This document shows positions 8,821 through 17,483 of a stretch of 56,810 nt of DNA, piece after piece. The stretch's first letter is position 1. Every line of letters begins with the position of its first letter. The translations under genes were made by a program, and so were the position numbers. Source of the stretch: Gammaproteobacteria bacterium (lineage in GTDB: Bacteria; Pseudomonadota; Gammaproteobacteria; Thiohalorhabdales; Thiohalorhabdaceae); NCBI GenBank assembly GCA_035267605.1, contig DATFLO010000087.1, positions 1-56,810 on the forward strand. Direction: 5' to 3'. Below the pieces are notes generated by a model. The model was not told the DNA's origin and searched no databases. It saw nothing but the letters and a program-made list of their open reading frames with translations.

Positions 8821-9733
8821 GCCCCGCCGGGGGCACCTCGTAGGCCGCCCGGCCCGCCTTGCGGTCCGGCAGGGTTTCCAGGAAGCCCGCGGCCACCACC
8901 AGCGCGCTGCCCAGGCCCATGGGCAAGCCGAAGGGCTCGCCGGCGAACAACGCCGCCGAAACGGCGCCGACGATGACCTCGCCCATCAGCAGGATGCCTA
9001 CCCGCGCCGGCTCCATCTCCCGTGTGGCCCACAGGAAGCCGACCAGGGACAGCCCCCACCACAGGCCGCCGATGCCCAAGGTCCAGAAAAGCGCCTCTCC
9101 CAGCTGTCCGACCGGGATCCGCGGCGGATCGGCGGCCCCCAGGACGAGGGCGAGGACCGCCGCCATGACGATCGCCCCGGCCAGGAAAACGAAATTGGTC
9201 TCTGCGGGCCGTGTGCGGACATGGACGTGGATGCCGGTGGAAGCGATGGCCCACAGCAGGCCCGACGCCAGGCCCAGGAAATCGCCCAGGGTGTGGGGCA
9301 GGGGCAGCCCCCCGTGGCTGCCCCGCAGCACCAGGGCGATACCCGCCAGGCCGCAGACGATGGCCGCATAGCGCCACCAGGAAACCGGCCAGCCCAGCCA
9401 GAAGCGGGCAATCAGCGTGCTCCAGACGGGGGTCAGATAGAACAGCAGGATGACCACCGCCACCCGCCCGTACAGCAAGCCGTTGGAGTACAGCACGAAC
9501 GACGCCCCGCCCAGGGCGACGCTGGCCAGGGCCCGGTTGTTCGCCGTCGCCAGGCGGGACCGTCCGGCCCAGCCGAAGGGGGCCAGGCAGAGACCGCCGA
9601 GCAGCACGGCGGCCAGGGTCGCCCAGGGCCCGGCGGCGCTCACCGCCTCCAGCTGGCGCAGCGGAACCCAGTAGATGCCCCACAGGGCACCCACGGCGAC
9701 GACCGTCAGGCTGGCAAGCGAGGTGATTGGCAT
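8792..9733 (-). CDS. DMT/EamA family transporter
   Basis: About 10 hydrophobic segments; WGIYWVPLR, LLFYLTPVWSTL, PARVGILLMGEV. Start taken at ATG 9733; 3' end overlaps the SDR by 29 bp. Confidence 0.85.
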   Translation of the reverse strand: MPITSLASLTVVAVGALWGIYWVPLRQLEAVSAAGPWATLAAVLLGGLCLAPFGWAGRSRLATANNRALASVALGGASFVLYSNGLLYGRVAVVILLFYLTPVWSTLIARFWLGWPVSWWRYAAIVCGLAGIALVLRGSHGGLPLPHTLGDFLGLASGLLWAIASTGIHVHVRTRPAETNFVFLAGAIVMAAVLALVLGAADPPRIPVGQLGEALFWTLGIGGLWWGLSLVGFLWATREMEPARVGILLMGEVIVGAVSAALFAGEPFGLPMGLGSALVVAAGFLETLPDRKAGRAAYEVPPAGLTRGRRPRR

Positions 9734-9888
9734 GGCTGCCGGGACCTGCCTTCGGTACAGGGCCTTTGCCGGCCCTCTCATAAGTGATAGTTGGCGCAAG
9801 CCGGGGACTGGTGCAAGGGTGCCCCCCTCCTTGCCCAGGGAGGCCGGCAACGGCGGGCCCCTGTAACAGCGGTGGCCGGCAAAAGGAC

Positions 9889-9911
9889 ATCCGTATTTAT
9901 CCGGACTTGAC
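9889..9911 (+). promoter_or_regulatory. Candidate operator copy 3 with -35-like CTTGAC
   Basis: ATCCGTATTTATCCGGACTTGAC; 20/23 identical to 10037-10059. Confidence 0.5.
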
Positions 9912-10036
9912 GGTTCCTCTGGCGCCGTAGGCATATGGAGAAAACCGGAAGGCTATTAGGGGTTGGCGCGGCATACTTTCCCCGCAATTCCGGGACACCC
10001 CGCCACCCCCAAAGAAGGGCCGCCTGCGGGAATGAA

Positions 10037-10059
10037 ATCGGTACTTATCCCGACTTGAC
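10037..10059 (+). promoter_or_regulatory. Candidate operator copy 4 with -35-like CTTGAC
   Basis: ATCGGTACTTATCCCGACTTGAC, ~90 bp upstream of the porin start. Confidence 0.5.
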
Positions 10060-10147
10060 TTTCCCCGCGGCTTGGGAGCCATTTTGAAAAAAGGGAAATC
10101 ATTTCCCGGCCCCGGCGCGCAACCCGCCAGGCCTGACTACCAAGGAG

Positions 10148-10903
10148 ATGGGGATGACCACATGGCTGCCCCTTAAGCAAACTGCGGCTGCCGCCGTTCT
10201 CCTCCTGCCAGCGGCTACCGCCCAGGCGCAGCAGCCGGACGAGTTCCTCGGCGGGACCTTCGGCGGCAACCTGACCTTGGGCACCGACTACATGTTCCGG
10301 GGGCTCTCCCAAACCCACAACAAGCCCCAGCTTCAGGGCTCCCTATCCTGGTCCCACTCGAGCGGGCTCTATCTGGGCGTGTGGTCCACCAACACCAACT
10401 TCGGCGACAGCGAAGCGCACATCGAGCTCGACCCGTATATCGGCTTCGCGGGAAGCATCGGCGACAGCGACTTCAGCTACGATGTGGGCTATTGGTACTA
10501 CACCTATCCGGGATCGAACATCGATTACGATTTCGGCGAGCTCTACGGCAACCTCACCTACACCCTGGGTGACCTTAGCCTCACCGGCAGCCTGTGGTAC
10601 TCCGACAACTATTTCGGCAAGGACTTTTTCGACGGCGTCTCCAGCCTGGCCTACCACGGCGTCGTCGCCTACCAGCTGCCTATGGGCTTTTCGGTATCCG
10701 GCCGAGTGGGCGAACAGACCTTCGACGAGAATTCGGGCCTGCCGAACCAGGACTACCAATATTACGACGCCGGCATTTCCGCGAATTGGAAAGGCTTTAC
10801 CGCCGACCTGCGCTGGTACGACACTACCGGGGTCGAGCCCCAGTTGTCGGTGAAGGAAGACGCCGATGGCCGGTGGGTTTTCAGTGTGACCCGCAGCTTC
10901 TGA
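10148..10903 (+). CDS. TorF/Gcw_chp family putative outer-membrane porin
   Basis: Signal peptide; GNLTLGTDYMFRGLSQT, GLYLGVW, ELDPYIG, YYTYPG; aromatic-rich strands; C-terminal Phe; AAGGAG RBS. Confidence 0.85.
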   Translation: MGMTTWLPLKQTAAAAVLLLPAATAQAQQPDEFLGGTFGGNLTLGTDYMFRGLSQTHNKPQLQGSLSWSHSSGLYLGVWSTNTNFGDSEAHIELDPYIGFAGSIGDSDFSYDVGYWYYTYPGSNIDYDFGELYGNLTYTLGDLSLTGSLWYSDNYFGKDFFDGVSSLAYHGVVAYQLPMGFSVSGRVGEQTFDENSGLPNQDYQYYDAGISANWKGFTADLRWYDTTGVEPQLSVKEDADGRWVFSVTRSF

Positions 10904-10959
10904 GGGTCGGCTAATTCCCGATCAGTGATCGGGCGGACTTTCGCAACCGGGGTCAGGCC

Positions 10960-11868
10960 ATGGCCATCACCGTAACCAGAGCATGGGCGGCCGCAGTGCT
11001 GACCGCCGGGTTGGCCATGTTCGCCTGGGCGTCGCCCGCCCCCGCCCAGGAGGGCAAGGGCGAGACCGGCACCATCCGCATCGGCTGGACCGCCTGGTCC
11101 TCGGCCGAGGCGGTCCTGAACATCGCCCAGAGGGTCCTGGAGGACCGCATGGGCTACGACGTCCAGCCGGTGATGACCAATATCGGCGTCCAGTACCAGG
11201 GGCTGGCCCGGGGCAACATCGACGCCATGCTGATGGCCTGGCTGCCTACCACCCACAAGCCCTATTGGGACAAGTTCGCCGGCAAGGTGGTCAATCTCGG
11301 GCCGGTCTATCTCGACGCCCGGCTGGGCTGGGCGGTGCCTTCCTACGTCCCCGCAGACAAGGTCGCCAGCATCGAGGATCTCAAGCGCACCGAGGTCCGC
11401 GAGCGCCTCCACCGCCAGATCCAGGGCATCGACCCCGGCTCCGGCCTGATGCAGGTTTCGGAGAAGGCCCTCGAGGCCTACGGCCTGGAGGATTACAGCC
11501 TGATCTCGGCGAGCGGGGCCGGCATGACCGCCGCACTGGAACGGGCGGCCCGCCGCGAGCAATGGATCGTGGTGACGGCCTGGAGCCCGCACTGGATGTT
11601 CGCCCGCTGGGACCTGCGCTACCTCAAGGATCCCAAAGGCGTCCTGGGCGGTAAGGAACGGGTGCACGTCCTCGTCCGCAAGGGCTTCTATCGGGACTAC
11701 CCCACCGAGGTGACCGGCTTCCTTTCCCGTTTTTACCTGCCGCTGGCGGATCTGGAGGCCGTGATGCTGGAGGCGACCAAGACCTCCTACGAGGAGGCGG
11801 CCGCGGAGTACGTGGCGAGCCACCCCAGGCGGGTCAACTACTGGGTTACCGGCGCAATCAACGAGTGA
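10960..11868 (+). CDS. Glycine betaine ABC transporter substrate-binding protein (OpuAC/ProX family)
   Basis: Signal peptide; AWLPTTH, IQGIDPGSGLM, WSPHWMF, YLKDPKG motifs. Confidence 0.9.
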   Translation: MAITVTRAWAAAVLTAGLAMFAWASPAPAQEGKGETGTIRIGWTAWSSAEAVLNIAQRVLEDRMGYDVQPVMTNIGVQYQGLARGNIDAMLMAWLPTTHKPYWDKFAGKVVNLGPVYLDARLGWAVPSYVPADKVASIEDLKRTEVRERLHRQIQGIDPGSGLMQVSEKALEAYGLEDYSLISASGAGMTAALERAARREQWIVVTAWSPHWMFARWDLRYLKDPKGVLGGKERVHVLVRKGFYRDYPTEVTGFLSRFYLPLADLEAVMLEATKTSYEEAAAEYVASHPRRVNYWVTGAINE

Positions 11869-11886
11869 CGGCCATGGACGGCATAA

Positions 11887-13068
11887 ATGACCGATAAGAT
11901 CGTCGCCGAGCACCTGTTCAAAATCTTCGGCCCCAAACCGGAGGAGGCCCTCAAGCTCGTCGAGCAGGGTCTTTCCAAGGACGACATCTTCGGACGCACC
12001 GGCAACACGGTCGGGGTCCGGGACGCCAGCTTCACCGTCCAGGCGGGCGAGATCTTCGTGGTGATGGGCCTGTCCGGATCCGGCAAATCCACCCTCATCC
12101 GCCTTCTCAACCGGCTGATCGAGCCCACCTCCGGGAGCGTGACCATCGACGGCCACGACGTGACCCAGATGGATCACAAGGACCTGGTCCAGCTGCGGCG
12201 GCGGGATATGGCGATGGTGTTCCAGAGCTTCGCCCTCATGCCCCACCGCGACGTCCTGGAAAACGCGTCTTTCGGCCTTGAGGTGGCCGGCTATGAGAGC
12301 GATGAGCGGCACGAGCGGGCCCTTAAGGCCCTGGACCAAGTGGGCCTGAAGCAGAACGCCAGGAGCTACCCCGACGAGCTTTCCGGGGGCATGCAGCAGC
12401 GCGTCGGCCTGGCGCGGGCGCTGGCCGCCGACCCCTCCATCATGCTTATGGACGAGGCCTTCTCCGCCCTCGACCCCCTCATCCGCCACCAGATGCAGGA
12501 TGAGCTGCTCCAGCTGCAGGAGAATAGCGAGCGCACGGTGGTGTTCATCACCCACGATCTGGACGAGGCCATGCGCGTGGGCGACCGCATCGCCATGATG
12601 GAGAGCGGCAGCATCCTGCAGATCGGCACCGGCCGCGAGATCCTGCGGGAGCCGGCCAACGAGTACGTGGAGGCGTTCTTCCGCGAGGTGGACATCACCG
12701 GCATCTACATCGCCTGGGATATCGCCGAGGACCCGGCCGTCTCGCTGGGCCCTGAGCAGGGCCTGGAGGAGGCCCTGAAGGCGCTGGAGCAGGCGGACCA
12801 GCCGTTCGGCTACGTCATCCAAAAGGACCGGTTCCAGGGGGTGGTCTCGCAGGCCTCGGTCAAGGAGGCCCTGGAGAGCAACGAGCAGACCCTGAAGACG
12901 GCCTTCCTGACCGACCATGAGCCGCTGCGCGGCCAGATGACCCTGCGCGAGATCCTGGCCCCGGTGGCCAACTCGCTCTACCCCCTGCCGGTGGTGGGCC
13001 GGCACCACCGCTTCCGCGGGGTCATCGGCAAGACCACCATGCTCGAGGCCCTGCAGAAAGAATCCTAG
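11887..13068 (+). CDS. proV: Glycine betaine/proline ABC transporter ATP-binding subunit
   Basis: GEIFVVMGLSGSGKST, LSGGMQQRVGLARAL, MDEAFSALDPLIR, ITHDLDEA; C-terminal CBS-like region. Confidence 0.92.
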   Translation: MTDKIVAEHLFKIFGPKPEEALKLVEQGLSKDDIFGRTGNTVGVRDASFTVQAGEIFVVMGLSGSGKSTLIRLLNRLIEPTSGSVTIDGHDVTQMDHKDLVQLRRRDMAMVFQSFALMPHRDVLENASFGLEVAGYESDERHERALKALDQVGLKQNARSYPDELSGGMQQRVGLARALAADPSIMLMDEAFSALDPLIRHQMQDELLQLQENSERTVVFITHDLDEAMRVGDRIAMMESGSILQIGTGREILREPANEYVEAFFREVDITGIYIAWDIAEDPAVSLGPEQGLEEALKALEQADQPFGYVIQKDRFQGVVSQASVKEALESNEQTLKTAFLTDHEPLRGQMTLREILAPVANSLYPLPVVGRHHRFRGVIGKTTMLEALQKES

Positions 13069-13077
13069 GAGCCGCAC

Positions 13078-13989
13078 GTGGACTACCGCATCCCCATAGG
13101 CGACTGGGTCGAGGCCATCGTCGACTGGCTGCTGGCCAATATCCAGCCCTTCTTCGACTTCGTGACCCTGGTGGTCGGCTGGCTGGTGGACAAGCTGGAG
13201 ACCGGGCTGCTGGCCGTCCCCGAATGGCTCTTCATCGCGGTGATCGCGGTGCTCGGTCTGTGGCGGGTGGGCTGGCGGTTCGCCCTGTTCGCCCTGCTGT
13301 CCCTGGTGCTGGTGATCGGCATGAACCTGTGGCCCGAGACTATCTCCACCCTGGCCCTGGTCCTGGCCTCGGCCATCGTGGCCCTGGCCATCGGCCTGCC
13401 GCTGGGCATCCTCTCGGCCAAGAGCGACTGGGCCTGGGCCATCATCCGGCCGATCCTGGACCTGATGCAGACCATGCCGCCCTTCGTCTACCTCATCCCG
13501 GCGGCCATGTTCTTCGGCCTCGGCAAGGTCCCCGGGGCCATCGCCACCATCATCTTCGCCATGCCGCCGGCGGTGCGGCTGACCAACCTGGGCATCCGCC
13601 AGGTGGCCAAGGAGATGGTGGAGGCCGGTCTCTCCTTCGGCTGCACCCGGCGCCAGCTGCTGTTCAAGGTGCAGCTGCCCATCGCCATGCCCTCCATCAT
13701 GGCCGGGGTCAACCAGGTGAACATGCTGGCCCTGTCTATGGTGGTCATCGCCTCCATGATCGGCGCCGGCGGTCTGGGCGACACCGTACTGCGGGGCATC
13801 CAGCGGCTGGACGTGGGCCTGGGCTTCGAGGGCGGCCTGGGTGTGGTGATCCTGGCCATCCTGCTCGACCGGATCAGTCAGACCGTGGGGACCCACCGAC
13901 AGCAGTCCGGCGTGATGGCGCAGCTCAAGGCGGCCCTCCGGTGGTTCATCGGGCGCCCGAAGGGCGGGGAGCAGACCGCCGGGAGTTAG
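13078..13989 (+). CDS. proW: Glycine betaine/proline ABC transporter permease
   Basis: RPILDLMQTMPPFVYLIP, RLTNLGIRQV, SIMAGVNQ, LSMVVIASMIGAGGLG. Confidence 0.92.
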   Translation: MDYRIPIGDWVEAIVDWLLANIQPFFDFVTLVVGWLVDKLETGLLAVPEWLFIAVIAVLGLWRVGWRFALFALLSLVLVIGMNLWPETISTLALVLASAIVALAIGLPLGILSAKSDWAWAIIRPILDLMQTMPPFVYLIPAAMFFGLGKVPGAIATIIFAMPPAVRLTNLGIRQVAKEMVEAGLSFGCTRRQLLFKVQLPIAMPSIMAGVNQVNMLALSMVVIASMIGAGGLGDTVLRGIQRLDVGLGFEGGLGVVILAILLDRISQTVGTHRQQSGVMAQLKAALRWFIGRPKGGEQTAGS

Positions 13990-14106
13990 GCGGGAGGGGC
14001 AAGCGCCGGGCAAGGTCGAAGTTGCCGGGGCAGGGCCCCACTCCTGGTGGGTATTCCTTCGGGGGCCAGGCCATGCCGCCCCCCCGGCCTGCCCGCCCGC
14101 CTCACC

Positions 14107-14400
14107 CGCGGCCTGGCGCTGGCGCCGCGCTCGCTGCTGTACCCGCTGCTCGGGGAGCGCATCCATGGGGTCCCCGGGCATGCCGTGGACGTGCTGGGCA
14201 CTGTCGCCCCCCTGTTCGCCGTGACCACCCCGCTGGGCCTGGGCGCCGCCCAGGTCAACGCCGGCTTCGGCCGCCTGTTGGGCATGCCCCAGGGCACCGG
14301 GCCGCAGCTGCTGCTGATCGGCGCCATCACCGCGGTGGCCACCGGCTCGCTGGTGGACGACATGATCACCTCCGGCGGCCGTTCCGATCCGCCGCGCGGC
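14107..14400 (+). pseudogene. BCCT (BetT-like) transporter remnant with internal deletion
   Basis: RGLALAPRSLLYPLLGERIHG..GHAVD..LGLGAAQVNAG (mid-protein BCCT segment) joined directly to GSLVDDMITSGG..DPP (late BCCT segment); no proper start or end. Confidence 0.8.
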
Positions 14401-14424
14401 TCACCGAGGGCGAGGGGCGGGCGG

Positions 14425-15882
14425 CTACTTCCGCCAGAAGGCCGGCATGAGCAGCACGAAGAAGGTGAACAGCTCCAGCCGTCCCAGGAGCATGGCCAGG
14501 GCCAGGACCCACTTGCCAGGCGTGGAGATAACGGCGAAGGTCCCGGCCGGGCCCACCCCGCCGAGGCCCGGGCCGATGTTGGTCAGGGTCGCCGCGACCG
14601 CGCCGGCGGCGGTGTGGAAGTCCCCTCCCTCCAGCGCCAGCATGACCATCACCAGGATCACGAAGGTGGACACGTACACCGCGAAGAAGCCCCACACCGC
14701 CTGGATCACCCCCTCGGGGATGGGGCGGTCGCGCAGCTTGATGGGGGCGACGGCGTGCGGGTGGATGAGCAGATAGCTCTGGCGGTAACCCTGCTTGAGC
14801 ATGACCAGGAAGCGCACCACCTTGATGCCGCCGCCCGTGGAGCCGGCGGAGGCCATGAAGAAGCCCGCCAGCAGCAGCAGGTAGGGCAGCAGCGACGGCC
14901 AGCGCTGGTAGTCGACGGTGGTGAAGCCGGTGGTGGTGCCCAGCGATACCGCCTGGAACAGGGCCCGACGGAAGGTCTCCTCGCCGCTGGGATAGGTCTG
15001 GTGGATGGTCAGCACCAGCGTCACCACCCCCACCAGCCCGGCCAGGAGCAGGGCGTAGGTGCGGAACTCGGGGTCGGTCAGGTAGGCGCGCACGCCGCCG
15101 CCGTGGAGGAAGGCGAAGTGCAGGCCGAAGTTCACCCCGCCCAGGAACATGATGATCGCCAGCACGTACTCCACCGCCGGCAGGCCGAAGTGGCCGATTG
15201 AGGCGTCGTGGGTGGAGAAGCCGGCGGTGGCCACCGCCGAGAAGCTATGCGAGATCGCCTCGAAGGGCGGCAGGCCGGCCAGCCACAAAGCCAGGGCGGC
15301 GGCCACGGTCAGGCCGGTGTAGATCACCCACAGCGCCTTGGCGGTCTCGTTGATACGCGGCGTGAGCTTCTGGTCCTTGACCGGCCCCGGCACCTCCGCC
15401 TTGTACAGCTGCATGCCGCCCACCTGCAGGATGGGGAGGATGGCCACCGCCAGGATGATGATGCCCATGCCGCCCAGCCACTGCATCTCCTGGCGCCAGA
15501 AGCGCACGGCGTGGGGCAGGCCGTCGATGCCGGACAGCACGGTGGAGCCGGTGGTGGTGAGCCCGGACATGGACTCGAAGAAGGCCGAGGTGAACCCGGG
15601 CGTGGTCCCGGACAGCTGCAGCGGCAGGGCGCCGAACACCGCCAGCACCGCCCAGAACAGGGTCACCAGCAGGAAGCCTTCGCGGTGGCCGAGCTCGCGA
15701 CGGGCGCGGAAGGTCGCCAGCCACAGCAAAAACCCCGATCCCAGGGTCAGCAGGTAGGCGTGGGCGAAGGCCACCAGGACGCCGTCGCCGTAGCCCCAGG
15801 CGATGGCCAGCGGCGGCAGCATGGCGGTGGAGAACACCATCAGCAGGATGCCCAGGATGTAGCCGATGGTGACCCAATGCAT
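14425..15882 (-). CDS. trkH: Trk potassium uptake membrane protein
   Basis: FESMSGLTTTGST, QWLGGMGII, KLTPRI, TAGFS, TTTGF, GSTGGGIK, NIGPGLG, MLLGRLE. Confidence 0.95.
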   Translation of the reverse strand: MHWVTIGYILGILLMVFSTAMLPPLAIAWGYGDGVLVAFAHAYLLTLGSGFLLWLATFRARRELGHREGFLLVTLFWAVLAVFGALPLQLSGTTPGFTSAFFESMSGLTTTGSTVLSGIDGLPHAVRFWRQEMQWLGGMGIIILAVAILPILQVGGMQLYKAEVPGPVKDQKLTPRINETAKALWVIYTGLTVAAALALWLAGLPPFEAISHSFSAVATAGFSTHDASIGHFGLPAVEYVLAIIMFLGGVNFGLHFAFLHGGGVRAYLTDPEFRTYALLLAGLVGVVTLVLTIHQTYPSGEETFRRALFQAVSLGTTTGFTTVDYQRWPSLLPYLLLLAGFFMASAGSTGGGIKVVRFLVMLKQGYRQSYLLIHPHAVAPIKLRDRPIPEGVIQAVWGFFAVYVSTFVILVMVMLALEGGDFHTAAGAVAATLTNIGPGLGGVGPAGTFAVISTPGKWVLALAMLLGRLELFTFFVLLMPAFWRK

Positions 15883-15930
15883 GCGGTGCTTCCCGCCTCG
15901 TTCGGTTGCCGGAGCGGGCCCCGCGGCCCG

Positions 15931-17307
15931 TTAGAAGAAGCCGAGCCCCACCTGGAACAGCTTCTCCACCTGGGCGATCTTGCGCTTGTCCACCAGGAAC
16001 AGGATGACGTGGTCCTCGGGCTCGACGACCACGTGGCGGTGGGCGATCAGCACGCGGTCACCGCGCACCAGGGCGCCGATGGTCACGCCCCGGGGCAGGC
16101 GCACCTCGTCCAGGCGCTTGCCGATGACCTTGGAGGTAGAGGCGTCGCCGTGGGCCAGCACCTCGATGGCCTCGGCGGCGCCGCGGCGCAGGCTGTGCAC
16201 CATGGCCACGTCGCCACGGCGGACGTGGGCCAGGATGCGGCCGATGGTGGCCTGGTGGGGCGACACCGCGACGTCGATGCCGGTCTGCTGCACCAGGTCC
16301 ACGTAGGCGCCGCGGTTGATCAGGGTCACCGCCCGCTGCACGCCCATCTGCTTGGCCAGCATGGAGGACAGGATGTTGGCCTCGTCGTCGTTGGTGACGG
16401 CCACGAACATGTCCATGGCGCCGATGTTCTCCTCGCGCAGCAGCTCCTCGTCGGCGCCGTCGCCCTGCAGGACCAGCGTGTGCTTGAGCTCGGCGGCCAC
16501 GCGCGAGGCGTGGCCGGGGTTGTGGTCGATCAGCTTGACCTGGACCGGGGTCCGCTCCAGGGCCTCGGCCAGCGCGCTGCCGATCTTGCCACCGCCGACG
16601 ATAACCACGCCGCGCACGATCTCCTCGGCGCCGCGCAGGGAAGTCAGCACCCCCTGGATGTGCTCGCGGGCGGCGATGAAGAACACCTCGTCGCCCTCCT
16701 CGATGACCGTCGGGCCCTCCGGGATGATCGCCTGGCCGCGGCGGTAGATGGCCGCCACCCGGGTGTCCACCCCCGGCATCTGGTGGCGCAGCTCCTGCAG
16801 CTGGTGGCCCACCAGCGGACCAAAGGGCTCGGCGCGCACGCCCACCAGCCGCACCCGGCCACCGGCGAAGTCCACCACCTGCAGCGCCCCGGGATGCTCG
16901 ATCAGACGGTGGATGGAGTCGGTCACCACCTGCTCGGGGCTGATGATGTAGTCCACCGGGAAGGCATCGCGGTTGAACAGCTCGGGGTGGGAGAGGTACT
17001 CCGGGGCGCGCAGGCGGGCCAGCTTGGTGGGGGTGTGGAACAGGGTCTCGGCCATCTGGCAGGCGACCATGTTGATCTCGTCTGCCGCCGTCACCGCCAG
17101 CACCATATCGGCGGCGCCCAGCCCGGCCTGCTCGAGCACCGTCGGATAGGCGGCGTGGCCGACCACGGTCTGGATGTCGAGGCGCTCGCCGATCTGGTTG
17201 ATGCGCTCGGCGTCGGCGTCCACCACCGTAACGTCGTGGCCCTCCAGGGCCAGCTGCTCGGCCACGGGGGCACCCACCTGTCCGGCGCCGAGGATTGCGA
17301 TCTTCAC
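15931..17307 (-). CDS. trkA: Trk potassium uptake NAD-binding protein
   Basis: KIAILGAGQVG and second GGGKIG RCK motif, TNDDEANI, SLRRGAAEAIE; 458 aa; GTG start with GGAG RBS. Confidence 0.95.
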   Translation of the reverse strand: MKIAILGAGQVGAPVAEQLALEGHDVTVVDADAERINQIGERLDIQTVVGHAAYPTVLEQAGLGAADMVLAVTAADEINMVACQMAETLFHTPTKLARLRAPEYLSHPELFNRDAFPVDYIISPEQVVTDSIHRLIEHPGALQVVDFAGGRVRLVGVRAEPFGPLVGHQLQELRHQMPGVDTRVAAIYRRGQAIIPEGPTVIEEGDEVFFIAAREHIQGVLTSLRGAEEIVRGVVIVGGGKIGSALAEALERTPVQVKLIDHNPGHASRVAAELKHTLVLQGDGADEELLREENIGAMDMFVAVTNDDEANILSSMLAKQMGVQRAVTLINRGAYVDLVQQTGIDVAVSPHQATIGRILAHVRRGDVAMVHSLRRGAAEAIEVLAHGDASTSKVIGKRLDEVRLPRGVTIGALVRGDRVLIAHRHVVVEPEDHVILFLVDKRKIAQVEKLFQVGLGFF

Positions 17308-17323
17308 CGGGACGGCTCCAAGG

Positions 17324-17480
17324 AAGTTTGAAGTTTTAAGTGTTAAGTTTTAAGTGAAAGGCCAAGAAACAAAAAACGTGTTTTTGCCGCTACAGATCGC
17401 CTCCCGAACCCACATTCCGACTGAAAATCCCCATTCCTTTTGGGTCTTCTTTAACCCTTAAAACTTAACACTTAAAACTT
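17324..17480. repeat. Element bounded by inverted heptamer-repeat arms, copy A
   Basis: AAGT(T/G)TT-type 7-mers; perfect 24-bp inverted repeat 17331-17354 / 17457-17480 around a 102-bp AT-rich spacer. Confidence 0.85.
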
Positions 17481-17483
17481 GCC

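Noticed and set aside
10762-14181. 1139-aa minus-strand ORF and similar long antisense or alternate-frame ORFs (e.g. 15208-17331, 24488-26866, 33186-35441, 52726-54960)
   Set aside because: Shadow frames of well-supported genes in high-GC DNA; no recognisable motifs.
14047-15201. 384-aa ORF as a real gene
   Set aside because: Only ~100 codons are BCCT-like; the rest is antisense to trkH.
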